This document shows positions 19,319 to 28,563 of a stretch of DNA of 64,000 nt, one piece after another. The first letter of the stretch is position 1, and each line of letters starts with the position of its first letter. Origin of the DNA: Alphaproteobacteria bacterium (lineage in GTDB: Bacteria; Pseudomonadota; Alphaproteobacteria; SP197); contig OZ245842.1 in NCBI GenBank assembly GCA_965228895.1, forward strand, positions 2,144,001 to 2,208,000, written 5' to 3'. The position numbers and the translations under genes were made by a program. Below the pieces are notes generated by a model that saw only the letters and a list, made by a program, of their open reading frames with translations, was not told the DNA's origin and ran no database searches.

Positions 19319-19456
19319 GCGTTGTGCACCGCAATATGTTGAAATCGTTTACCAGTTTTGGCATGGTCCGCGCGATTTTGGATCGGGGGCACGGTACCGC
19401 CGGGTCACGGCGGTTGGTGGGGCTGATCTAGCCGGATTTGCAGGAGTTCTAGAACA

Positions 19457-21535
19457 ATGACGACGGCATTGTGGTTCGCTATCGCGTGCGGCGTGGTAGC
19501 CATTCTTTATGGCATTTATGCCATTCGATCGGTGGTTGCCGCTGATCCTGGCAACGCGCGCATGCAGGAGATTGCCGGCGCCATTCAGGAGGGCGCGCAG
19601 GCTTATCTGAACCGCCAGTACCTGACGATCGGCGCGGCGGGCGTTGTCATTTTCGTGCTGCTGCTGGTCCTGCTGGGCTTGTGGCAGGCGATCGGTTTTG
19701 CCATCGGCGCGGTGCTCTCCGGCGCGGCCGGTTACATCGGCATGCTGGTCTCGGTACGCGCCAACGTGCGGACCGCCGAAGCGGCACGCACCAGCCTGGA
19801 AAACGCCATGGGCATCGCCGTGCGCGGCGGTGCGGTGACCGGCATCCTGGTGGTCGGCCTCGGTCTTCTGGGCGTCGCCATCTACTACGTCATCCTGCTT
19901 GGCATCGAGGTGCCGCAGCGTGAGATCGTCGAAGCGCTGGTTGCGCTTGGTTTCGGCGGCTCGCTGATCTCGATCTTCGCGCGTCTGGGCGGTGGTATCT
20001 TCACCAAGGGTGCGGATGTCGGCGCCGACCTGGTTGGTAAGGTCGAGGCGGGCATCCCCGAAGACGACCCGCGAAATCCCGCGGTCATCGCCGATAACGT
20101 TGGCGACAATGTGGGCGACTGCGCCGGCATGGCCGCCGACCTCTTCGAGACCTATGCGGTGACCTTCGTCGCCACCATGCTGCTCGCTTCGATCTTTTTC
20201 ACCGGTGAAACGCAATTGGCCATGATGGCCTTCCCGCTGGTCCTGGGCGGCGCCTGCATCCTGGGTACCGTCGTCGGCAACTTCTTCATGAAGCTCGGCG
20301 GCAGCCAGAACATCATGGCGGCACTCTACAAGGGGTTCCTGGTCACCGCTGTGATCTCGGCGATCCTGTTCATCCCGGTCACCGAATGGATCCTGGGGCT
20401 GGGCACCGAGTTCACCGCCGGCACCACGACCTTCACCGGCTGGGACATGTTCTTCTGCGGTCTGCTGGGCCTGGTCGTGACCGGTCTCTTGATCTGGGTG
20501 ACCGAATACTACACCTCGACCGAGTATCGTCCGGTGAAGGTGATCGCCAAGGCGTCGACGACCGGCCACGGCACCAACGTGATCCAGGGGCTCGCCATCT
20601 CCATGGAGGCGACGGCGGTTCCGGTCCTGATCATCTGTGGCGGTATCCTGGTCGGCTACCTGATCGCCGGCCTGTTCGGTATTGCTATCGCCGTCACCAC
20701 CATGCTGGCCTTGGCCGGCGTCGTCGTGACGCTCGATGCCTACGGCCCGATCACCGACAACGCCGGCGGCATTGCCGAGATGGCCGAACTGCCGGAGGAC
20801 GTGCGCAAGACGACCGACGCGCTTGACGCTGTCGGCAACACGACCAAGGCGGTAACCAAGGGTTACGCCATTGGATCGGCCGGTTTGGCCGCGCTGGTGC
20901 TGTTCGCGGCCTATGTCGAGGATCTTCAGCATTACTTCCCGGATCTCGACGTGACGTTCAGGCTCGCTGATCCCTACGTCGTGATCGGCCTCTTCATTGG
21001 CGGCTTGCTGCCTTATCTCTTCGGCTCGCTCGCCATGCAGGCGGTCGGCCGGGCCGCCGGCTCGGTCGTCGAGGAGGTGCGCCGGCAGTTCCGCGAGATC
21101 GCCGGCATCATGGAAGGCACCGGCAAGCCGGACTACAGCCGCGCGGTCGATCTGCTGACCAAGGCGGCGATCCGCGAGATGATCATTCCCTCGCTTCTGC
21201 CTGTCCTGGCGCCGATCGTGATCTACCTCGTGATCTGGGCGATCGCAGGTCAGAGCCAGGCGTTCTCGACGCTAGGCGCGATGCTGCTCGGCACCATCGT
21301 CACCGGCCTTTTCGTCGCGATTTCGATGACGTCGGGCGGCGGCGCTTGGGATAACGCCAAGAAGTACATCGAGGACGGCCAGCACGGCGGCAAGGGTTCG
21401 GAAGCCCATCACGCCGCGGTGACCGGCGATACGGTCGGTGATCCCTACAAGGACACCGCCGGTCCGGCGGTCAACCCGATGATCAAGATCATCAACATCG
21501 TGGCGCTGCTGCTCCTGGCCATGCTGGGCGGCTGA
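19457..21535 (+). CDS. hppA: Membrane-bound proton-translocating pyrophosphatase (K+-independent type)
   Basis: [53 protein letters not shown]. Confidence 0.96.
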   Translation: MTTALWFAIACGVVAILYGIYAIRSVVAADPGNARMQEIAGAIQEGAQAYLNRQYLTIGAAGVVIFVLLLVLLGLWQAIGFAIGAVLSGAAGYIGMLVSVRANVRTAEAARTSLENAMGIAVRGGAVTGILVVGLGLLGVAIYYVILLGIEVPQREIVEALVALGFGGSLISIFARLGGGIFTKGADVGADLVGKVEAGIPEDDPRNPAVIADNVGDNVGDCAGMAADLFETYAVTFVATMLLASIFFTGETQLAMMAFPLVLGGACILGTVVGNFFMKLGGSQNIMAALYKGFLVTAVISAILFIPVTEWILGLGTEFTAGTTTFTGWDMFFCGLLGLVVTGLLIWVTEYYTSTEYRPVKVIAKASTTGHGTNVIQGLAISMEATAVPVLIICGGILVGYLIAGLFGIAIAVTTMLALAGVVVTLDAYGPITDNAGGIAEMAELPEDVRKTTDALDAVGNTTKAVTKGYAIGSAGLAALVLFAAYVEDLQHYFPDLDVTFRLADPYVVIGLFIGGLLPYLFGSLAMQAVGRAAGSVVEEVRRQFREIAGIMEGTGKPDYSRAVDLLTKAAIREMIIPSLLPVLAPIVIYLVIWAIAGQSQAFSTLGAMLLGTIVTGLFVAISMTSGGGAWDNAKKYIEDGQHGGKGSEAHHAAVTGDTVGDPYKDTAGPAVNPMIKIINIVALLLLAMLGG

Positions 21536-21554
21536 CGACCACGGCAGTCGAAAC

Positions 21555-21595
21555 AAAGACGCCCCGATGCCTTGACCGCATCGGGGCGTTTTTTT
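21555..21595. terminator. Intrinsic, probably bidirectional terminator between hppA and bamE
   Basis: 12-bp stem ACGCCCCGATGC/GCATCGGGGCGT flanked by an A-rich run and a T7 run. Confidence 0.85.
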
Positions 21596-21614
21596 GTTGG
21601 CTTGCCGGCTTCGA

Positions 21615-22109
21615 TTAGACGCCTGGAACCGGCGATTGCCGTGGTTCGTTGTCCTGACCGGCGAACCGGCCGATATTGCCCAGGAGTTGCTCCAACAAGC
21701 CAAGCTCCTTGCCGTAGGTTGGCGTCGTGCGGCTGACCGGGTCGACCAGATAGCCATCTGCCAGCACATACTCGTCGATCTCGGTGACCACGCCTGCGTC
21801 GTTGAAGGCGATGGCGACAACCCGTTGGTCGACGACCTCTGGTTCGAAGAAGGCGACCGATTCCGTTCGTTCTGTGATGTAGAGCCAGGTCGGCTTGCCG
21901 AACAGGGCTGTCGTGGACGGCGTGCCGAGGAACTGCGCGACTTCAAGCTCGTTGTGGACACCTGGTTGGATACGGCCCAAGGCGTCGGGATCCGGCACAT
22001 ACCCGTGGGTCGTGATCCGCGGCGAACACGCCGCCAGGACCAGGACCGTCACACACGCTGTCATACAGGTTTTGACCGCTGTTGCGCTGAACCGGCGCAT
22101 ATCCATCAT
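21615..22109 (-). CDS. bamE: Outer-membrane assembly lipoprotein BamE/SmpA
   Basis: Lipobox LAAC, HGY, LGTPS, WLYI; C-terminal QLLGNIGR typical of alphaproteobacterial BamE. Confidence 0.9.
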   Translation of the reverse strand: MMDMRRFSATAVKTCMTACVTVLVLAACSPRITTHGYVPDPDALGRIQPGVHNELEVAQFLGTPSTTALFGKPTWLYITERTESVAFFEPEVVDQRVVAIAFNDAGVVTEIDEYVLADGYLVDPVSRTTPTYGKELGLLEQLLGNIGRFAGQDNEPRQSPVPGV

Positions 22110-22188
22110 TGACCGACCCCGTTCTGCCGCCTATGTGACGCGCAAGATGCGAGCGATTGGGCCCGGCTGTCAACTGGGTCGCGCAAGG

Positions 22189-22743
22189 ATGGCCATGAAG
22201 CTCTCGACACTGCTTTCCCGTTCCCGGTTCGATGACCGGGCCCATGATCTCTATGACGCGATCGTCGCCCAGGCGCGCGAACCGGCGTTCTATCTGTCGG
22301 CCGGGGTGCCCGACAGCGTCGATGGGCGCTTCGACATGATCGTGATGCACACGGTGCTGGTCGGCCGCCGGTTGCGCGACTGCGGCGAGGCAGGCCGCAG
22401 CCTGGATCAGGCCCTGTTCGACCTCATGTTCGCCGACATGGACCGCTCGTTGCGGGAAATGGGTGTCGGCGATTTGAAAGTGGGCCGGCGGATCAAAGTC
22501 ATGCTCAAGGCATTCTATGGCCGCGCCAAGGCCTATGACGACGCCCTTAACGGCTCGTCCGCCGGAGATGACACGGCGATGGAAGACGCGGTCCGGCGCA
22601 ATCTGTTTGGTACCGTTGAGCCAACCGACACGGCTGTTGCGGCAATGACGGCGTACATCTTTGCTGTCGTTGATGCGCTCGATGAACAGGCGGATGACGC
22701 GCTTTTGGCCGGCAAGGTCACGTTTCCGGCGTTCAGCGCCTGA
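22189..22743 (+). CDS. Ubiquinol-cytochrome c chaperone (Cbp3/UQCC1 family)
   Basis: QAREPAFY, VPDSVDGRFDM, DMDRSLREMGVGD, AFYGR. Confidence 0.9.
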   Translation: MAMKLSTLLSRSRFDDRAHDLYDAIVAQAREPAFYLSAGVPDSVDGRFDMIVMHTVLVGRRLRDCGEAGRSLDQALFDLMFADMDRSLREMGVGDLKVGRRIKVMLKAFYGRAKAYDDALNGSSAGDDTAMEDAVRRNLFGTVEPTDTAVAAMTAYIFAVVDALDEQADDALLAGKVTFPAFSA

Positions 22744-22814
22744 GGTCGTCGACGCGCTTGCCGAGCGCGGGCGGCCAAGCCATAAAAGCTCATCCTGACA
22801 CGGGAGTATGAGAC

Positions 22815-23369
22815 ATGACGGAGTTGTCCGCTCTCGGAGCGCAACCGGAGTTCAGTTGCCCCCTCGACGTTGCCGACCTTGAAGACGGCGACGAGGGCAC
22901 GCGACACCTGGTTGCCGATGCCGATCAGCGCGCGGCGTTATGCAAACGCTTCGACTTGCTGTCGCTCGATCGCCTGGAGGCGGATCTGCGATATCGCCGG
23001 GATGGCCGGATCGTCGAGATTTCCGGGCGGCTGCGTGGCGAGCTCACCCAGACCTGCGTCGTCACCCTGGAACCGCTGGCCGACCGTGTCGACGAAGAGT
23101 TTGTTCGCCAGTTTGATCCGGACATGGTGGTCGCCGAGGACGACGAACTCGATTTGACGGTCGATGATCTGCTCGACGAGACCGTTTGTGACCCGCTTGT
23201 CGGTGACACCGTCGACTTGGGAGAGGTTGTCGCTGAACAGTTCGGGCTGGCGATCGATCCCTACCCGCGCAAGGACGGCGCACAGATCGACCCGCGTTAT
23301 GCCGCGAAGGCGCCGGAGGACGACGACGACGCGAACCCGTTTGCCGTGTTGAAGAAGCTGAAGCTTTGA
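22815..23369 (+). CDS. YceD/DUF177 family protein
   Basis: QTCVVTLEP, DLGEVVAE, LAIDPYPR, NPFAVLKKLK; precedes rpmF. Confidence 0.9.
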   Translation: MTELSALGAQPEFSCPLDVADLEDGDEGTRHLVADADQRAALCKRFDLLSLDRLEADLRYRRDGRIVEISGRLRGELTQTCVVTLEPLADRVDEEFVRQFDPDMVVAEDDELDLTVDDLLDETVCDPLVGDTVDLGEVVAEQFGLAIDPYPRKDGAQIDPRYAAKAPEDDDDANPFAVLKKLKL

Positions 23370-23448
23370 GTTTCGTGTCGCTTGTACCCGCTTCCAAAGA
23401 CTGCTAAACGGGCCTCTAAATCTCCAGTCAAGTTAAGGATTTCGTGAG

Positions 23449-23634
23449 ATGGCGGTACCTAAGAAAAAGGTCACCCGTTCCCGCCGGGACAAACGTCGTT
23501 CGCATCACGCCCTGACCGCGGCGGCGTTGAACGAATGCCCGAATTGCGGCGAAACGAAACTCCCGCATCACGTGTGTGCGGCGTGCGGCTATTACAACGA
23601 CCGGGAAATCACGGAGCCGGTGGGCAGCTTCTGA
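23449..23634 (+). CDS. rpmF: 50S ribosomal protein L32 (zinc-ribbon, C+ form)
   Basis: [22 protein letters not shown]. Confidence 0.98.
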   Translation: MAVPKKKVTRSRRDKRRSHHALTAAALNECPNCGETKLPHHVCAACGYYNDREITEPVGSF

Positions 23635-23674
23635 CCGTGCGGCTTTGTCGATTGGCAACGCGGAGCTGACAATC

Positions 23675-24724
23675 ATGAGCGGCTCGCTGGTTCTGGCGCT
23701 TGACGCCATGGGTGGCGATAACGCCCCGGACATGGTGGTGGCGGGCGCCAATGTGGCGCGTGTGCGCTATCCGGACCTGCAGTTCCGGCTTTTTGGTAAC
23801 TCCGAGAAGCTGGAAAAGCTGCTGCGGCGCTTCCCAAAGCTATCCCAGGTGGCGACGGTGATCGCCAGCGAGACGGTGATTGATGCGGCGGAGAAGCCCT
23901 CGCAGGCGCTCCGGCACGGCCGTCAGTCGAGCATGCGCCTGGCCATTGATGATGTGTCGGAAGGCACGGCGCGTGGCGTCGTTTCGGCCGGCAACACCGG
24001 TGCCCTGATGGCCATGTCAAAGATCGTGCTGCGGACCTTGCCGGGTATCCACAGGCCTGCGATCGCCACCATGTTCCCGACGACGCGCGGCGAGTCCGTG
24101 ATGCTGGATCTGGGCGCCAACATTGAGTGTGACGCCGACAATCTGGTCCAGTTCGCCGTTATGGGGGCGGCTTTTGCCCGCAGCGTCCAGGGTGTCCGGC
24201 GTCCAACCGTTGGCCTGCTGAACGTGGGCAGCGAGGAAAGCAAGGGTCACGAGGAAATCAAGCGGGCCGCGCAAACCCTGCGCGAGGCCGATCTTCCCTT
24301 GGAATTTCACGGGTTTGTCGAGGGCAACGACATCGCCGACGGTACCGTCGACGTGGTCGTGACCGATGGGTTCACGGGCAATATCGCGCTGAAGACGGCC
24401 GAAGGCACGGCCAGCATGTACTCAAGCTTCCTGCGCGCCACGTTCCGCCGTTCGGTCTTCTCCAAACTGGGCTACTGGATGGCCAAACCCGCGCTTTTGG
24501 CGCTGAAACGGCGGTTTGACCCCCGGCGCTACAACGGCGGCATGTTCCTTGGCGTCAACGGCATTGCCGTTAAGAGTCACGGCGGGACTGATGCGCTCGG
24601 TTACGCCAACGCCATCGGGTTTGCCGTCGACATGATGACCCAGGGTTTCAACGAAAAGGTAATCCGCGACCTCGAGAGCCTCGATCAGGGGGCGAAGGAC
24701 GCCGCCGAGGCCGCTGCGCAGTGA
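23675..24724 (+). CDS. plsX: Phosphate acyltransferase
   Basis: [30 protein letters not shown]. Confidence 0.97.
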   Translation: MSGSLVLALDAMGGDNAPDMVVAGANVARVRYPDLQFRLFGNSEKLEKLLRRFPKLSQVATVIASETVIDAAEKPSQALRHGRQSSMRLAIDDVSEGTARGVVSAGNTGALMAMSKIVLRTLPGIHRPAIATMFPTTRGESVMLDLGANIECDADNLVQFAVMGAAFARSVQGVRRPTVGLLNVGSEESKGHEEIKRAAQTLREADLPLEFHGFVEGNDIADGTVDVVVTDGFTGNIALKTAEGTASMYSSFLRATFRRSVFSKLGYWMAKPALLALKRRFDPRRYNGGMFLGVNGIAVKSHGGTDALGYANAIGFAVDMMTQGFNEKVIRDLESLDQGAKDAAEAAAQ

Positions 24725-25701
24725 GTGGTGTTCGGCGCAGCCAGATTGCTGGCTGCGGGTCCTATTTGCCGGCGCGCTGCCTGACCAACGCCGAGCTCGC
24801 CAAGCAGGTCGACACGTCCGACGAATGGATCGTCGCGCGAACCGGCATCCGCCAGCGCCATATTGCCGCTGATGGTGAGTTCACCTCCGATCTCGCGACC
24901 AAGGCGGCTCAGCAAGCGCTAGCCAACAGCGGCATCGCCATTGAGGACGTCGATCTGATCGTCCTGGCCACGGCGACGCCCGACCAAACGTTTCCCGCAA
25001 CGGCGGCACAGGTTCAGAAGAAGCTTGGCATGCATCATGGTGCGGCCTTTGATGTCCAGGCTGTCTGCACGGGCTTTGTCTACGCCTTGTCCGTCGCCGA
25101 CAACTTCGTCAAGGCCGGGCAAGCCGATTGCGCGCTTGTGATTGGCGCCGAGACCTTCTCGCGGATCCTGGACTGGGAGGATCGCGGCACCTGCGTGCTG
25201 TTCGGCGACGGTGCCGGTGCGGTCATCCTGCGTGCCGGCGACGGGGATGGCAGCAACAAGGACCGGGGCGTCCTGTCGACCCACTTGCACAGCGATGGAC
25301 GCTACCACGACATGCTTTATGTGGATGGTGGCCCGTCGACCACCGGCTTGGCCGGTCACTTGCGCATGGAGGGTCGAGAGGTCTTCAAGCATGCAGTCAT
25401 CAACTTAGCGGAGGCTGTTGATGAGGCGCTTGAACAAAACGGAGTAAGTCCAGAAAATATAGACTGGTTTGTGCCTCATCAAGCCAACAAGCGCATTATC
25501 GATGCGATGGCGCGTAAGCTGTCCTTGGACGAATCGCGAGTCGTTAACACGATCGATCGACACGCCAACACGTCCGCCGCGTCCATCCCATTGGCGCTGG
25601 CTGAGGCCGCCGGCGACGGCCGAATCAAGCCGGGCGACTTGGTCTTGATAGAGGCCATGGGTGGCGGTTTTACTTGGGGTTCGGGCCTTATCCGCTGGTA
25701 A
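24721..25701 (+). CDS. fabH: Beta-ketoacyl-ACP synthase III
   Basis: [37 protein letters not shown]. Confidence 0.97.
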   Translation: MSGVRRSQIAGCGSYLPARCLTNAELAKQVDTSDEWIVARTGIRQRHIAADGEFTSDLATKAAQQALANSGIAIEDVDLIVLATATPDQTFPATAAQVQKKLGMHHGAAFDVQAVCTGFVYALSVADNFVKAGQADCALVIGAETFSRILDWEDRGTCVLFGDGAGAVILRAGDGDGSNKDRGVLSTHLHSDGRYHDMLYVDGGPSTTGLAGHLRMEGREVFKHAVINLAEAVDEALEQNGVSPENIDWFVPHQANKRIIDAMARKLSLDESRVVNTIDRHANTSAASIPLALAEAAGDGRIKPGDLVLIEAMGGGFTWGSGLIRW

Positions 25702-25746
25702 GGGGCCGACTGGGCGAGCGTCCAGTCTTTGTTAAGATATCCCAGC

Positions 25747-25788
25747 CAACTCTTTGATATTGACGGTTTTTCGCTTCAAAGCTAGCCT
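25747..25788 (+). promoter_or_regulatory. Putative ihfA promoter with an abutting IHF consensus site
   Basis: TTGACG(25760-65)-N17-TAGCCT(25783-88); minus-strand TATCAA-AGAG-TTG (25759-25747) matches WATCAA-N4-TTR. Confidence 0.6.
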
Positions 25789-25819
25789 TCCTTGTTAAGA
25801 ACAAGGGGGACATGCCGGA

Positions 25820-26134
25820 ATGGTCGAGAAAACCATGACTCGGGCGGATTTAACCGAAGCGGTCTACCATGAGGTCGGCCTGTCGCGCAGCGAGTCGGCG
25901 GAATTGGTCGAATCAGTGTTGGGCGAGATCTCTGAATCGCTGATCGATGGCGAAACGGTGAAGATCTCGTCGTTCGGAAGCTTTTCGATCCGCGACAAGG
26001 CGCAGCGTGTCGGGCGCAATCTTAAGACGGGCGAGGCGGTGCCGATCCTGCCGCGGCGTGTGCTGGTGTTCCGCGCGTCTCACGTCTTGAAAGATCGCAT
26101 CAACGACGAACTCACAAGGCACGACGGGGCCTGA
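25820..26134 (+). CDS. ihfA: Integration host factor alpha subunit
   Basis: [33 protein letters not shown]; fabH-ihfA-merR synteny. Confidence 0.95.
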   Translation: MVEKTMTRADLTEAVYHEVGLSRSESAELVESVLGEISESLIDGETVKISSFGSFSIRDKAQRVGRNLKTGEAVPILPRRVLVFRASHVLKDRINDELTRHDGA

Positions 26135-26613
26135 TGGCGATGGCGGCGGACGCCAACAGCGGCGCTGGCGCCGCGGGACGGCGGGGCGGAAAGTCGAAGG
26201 CGGCGTTCCGCACGATCAGCGAGGTCGCGGACGAACTCGACGTCGCCCAGCATGTCCTGCGCTTCTGGGAGACCAAGTTCCATCAGATCCGCCCGCTTAA
26301 GCGTGGCGGCGGGCGGCGCTACTACCGGCCCGAGGACATCGATCTTCTAAGGAACATCAAGCATCTGCTCTACACCGAGGGCTACACCATCAAGGGTGTC
26401 CAGCGTTTGCTGCGCCAGGGCGGCGTCGCGGCGCTTCAGCACGCCATCGATGGGGCGGCCGCAGAGGCGCCGCCTGCAGCTTCCGCACCTCCAGCCCGCG
26501 CCGGCGCCCAGGACGGCGGGTCGGTGACGCTGTCGGCGGCCCAGGTCCGGGCTCTCCAGTCGCTTCTCGATCAGTTGATTGCCTGTCGCGATTTGCTCAA
26601 GGGCGCTTCCTGA
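26134..26613 (+). CDS. MerR-family transcriptional regulator (type conserved downstream of ihfA)
   Basis: [34 protein letters not shown]. Confidence 0.92.
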   Translation: MAMAADANSGAGAAGRRGGKSKAAFRTISEVADELDVAQHVLRFWETKFHQIRPLKRGGGRRYYRPEDIDLLRNIKHLLYTEGYTIKGVQRLLRQGGVAALQHAIDGAAAEAPPAASAPPARAGAQDGGSVTLSAAQVRALQSLLDQLIACRDLLKGAS

Positions 26614-26688
26614 TACACCAGTCGTGAGCGGCTTCGGGCGGTCGCGCACGCTTCGCCCTGTTCTCCCCAGACACCGGCTGCACGGGCG

Positions 26689-26717
26689 TTGCGGCGCCAC
26701 AGTGCGTTGACTATAGT
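26689..26717 (+). promoter_or_regulatory. Putative sigma70 promoter of tRNA-Pro
   Basis: TTGCGG-N17-TATAGT. Confidence 0.55.
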
Positions 26718-26758
26718 GCCGCCGCTTTGCGCGGTTGCGTTTGGCAAACCATGTCGGT

Positions 26759-26835
26759 CGGAGCGTGGCGCAGCCTGGTAGCGCAACGGTCTGGGGGACC
26801 GTAGGTCGCAGGTTCAAATCCTGCCGCTCCGACCA
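26759..26835 (+). tRNA. tRNA-Pro (GGG)
   Basis: Cloverleaf: acceptor CGGAGCG/CGCTCCG, anticodon arm ACGGT-CTGGGGG-ACCGT, T arm GGTTCAAATCC, 3' CCA. Confidence 0.97.
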
Positions 26836-27064
26836 TTTTCTTTTAATTTCAATATTGTATCACGCACACCTAATGTGACATCATAGAAATGTCAGGGACG
26901 CCGCTAAAAGACCTATCAAAGGTGGTGTGCATCCCCAGGGAGGCAAGATAATTGACCGACACAGCCGATGCCGGCCACTTGGCATCGCAATGTGATCGCG
27001 TCACGATCGCGTATGACTGGGGCGTTGGATGCAGCGCGCTGATGTGTAAGGGGATCTGATCGAC

Positions 27065-27766
27065 ATGCAGGCAGCGGACGCGGGCGACCTCTCGGAAAGC
27101 AGAATCTTGGCGGGGTTACCGCAAGCCGAGATGGGAAAGCTGCAGGAAAACGCTAAGTGGTTCACGTATGACGACGGCGAGCAGTTTTTTCGCCAGGGTG
27201 ATAACGGCACCGAGATGATTTTTCTGGCCGAGGGCAGGGCGCGGGTGCTGATCCACGCGGCTTCCGGCCAGGATGTCGCTTTTGCCGATATTGGTCCCGG
27301 TGGCCATTTCGGCGAGCTGTCGACGCTTGATGGCGGTAGCCGGTCGGCCAGTGTCTTGGCCATCCAGGACTCGTTTGTCGCCGTCGTCGAGCGCGACGTC
27401 ATCCTGCGGGCCATGGCGGCATTTCCGCCGTTTGCGCTGAATTTGCTGCAAGATTGCGCCAGGATCCTGCGCCGCTCCAACGAGCGTGTCGTTGGCTTGA
27501 GTACGAAATCCGGTATCCAGCGCGTTTACGACGAAATCCTGCGCTTGATCGAACCGTCGCCGACCGGCGATGGCCGGTGGCTGATCCCGACGGTGCCGGC
27601 GCATAAAGACATCGCCATTTGGTCCGGCACCACCACCGACACCGTGGCGCGCGCGATCGGCCAGTTGACGAGCCTGGGCATCGTCAAGCGCCGCAACCGA
27701 ACGCTCTTGATCCTTGACCGCCGCCATATTGAAAAGTTGGCCAATACGGGTATCGAAGAACTCTAA
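27065..27766 (+). CDS. Crp/Fnr-family transcriptional regulator with a cNMP-binding domain
   Basis: F.QGD, FGELS...GSRSAS phosphate-binding cassette, C-terminal HTH HKDIAIWSGTTTDTVAR. Confidence 0.9.
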   Translation: MQAADAGDLSESRILAGLPQAEMGKLQENAKWFTYDDGEQFFRQGDNGTEMIFLAEGRARVLIHAASGQDVAFADIGPGGHFGELSTLDGGSRSASVLAIQDSFVAVVERDVILRAMAAFPPFALNLLQDCARILRRSNERVVGLSTKSGIQRVYDEILRLIEPSPTGDGRWLIPTVPAHKDIAIWSGTTTDTVARAIGQLTSLGIVKRRNRTLLILDRRHIEKLANTGIEEL

Positions 27767-27846
27767 CGCGGCGGCAACACCCAGCGCCTATGACGGTATG
27801 GCGCGGCGGGGCGAGGCCTCGCAAACAGGAAAAGCGGATAACGCCC

Positions 27847-28563
27847 GTGGCCACGTTACGAACGGTCGACAAGGATTTCGGTGACTGCACGGCGCTCGAT
27901 GCGCTCGATGCCCTGATCAATCCGGCGGGGCTCGATCTTGTCGACATTGGTTGCGGCGCAGGTGATCTGGCGCGTCATTTGGCCCAGCGCGGCGCGCGGG
28001 TCACCGCCGTCGAGCCCGATCCAGGGCAGGCCCGCGTGAACGCCGGCATGACCCCCGTGCCCTCACTTGAGTTTGTCGAGGCGGGCGCCGAAGCACTGCC
28101 CTTGGCGGACAAGGCGGCCGATGGTGTCTTCTTCAGCAAGTCTTTGCACCACGTGCCGTCAGCGCACATGGCCGAAGCGATCGGCGAGGCCATTCGGGTG
28201 CTTCGCAACGACGGCTTCCTTTATGTTCTGGAACCCGACATTGAGGGCGCTTTTTCCCAGTTGATGCTGCCGTTTCATGACGAAACGGATGCGCGCCGCC
28301 AAGCGCTGGCTTGCCTCGCAGAGCATGCCGAGCCGGCCTTCGCCACCACCACGGTTGCTGCGTTTGCCGTTGAACGGCGCTATGCGGACTTCGACGCCTT
28401 TGCCGACGCTGTCCTGTCACTGACCTACAACGCATACCGCCGCGAGGATGTTGAGGCGCCGGCTGTGCGCGCATGCTTCGAGGCGGGCTGGGACGGTTCA
28501 GGCTTTGGGTTTCGCCAAACCCTGACGATCTACCTTTTTCGCGACAAGACAGGCCATGGCTGA
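27847..28563 (+). CDS. Class I SAM-dependent methyltransferase
   Basis: VDIGCGAG, AEALP, SLHHV, RVLRNDG; start either GTG 27847 or ATG 27790. Confidence 0.88.
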   Translation: MATLRTVDKDFGDCTALDALDALINPAGLDLVDIGCGAGDLARHLAQRGARVTAVEPDPGQARVNAGMTPVPSLEFVEAGAEALPLADKAADGVFFSKSLHHVPSAHMAEAIGEAIRVLRNDGFLYVLEPDIEGAFSQLMLPFHDETDARRQALACLAEHAEPAFATTTVAAFAVERRYADFDAFADAVLSLTYNAYRREDVEAPAVRACFEAGWDGSGFGFRQTLTIYLFRDKTGHG

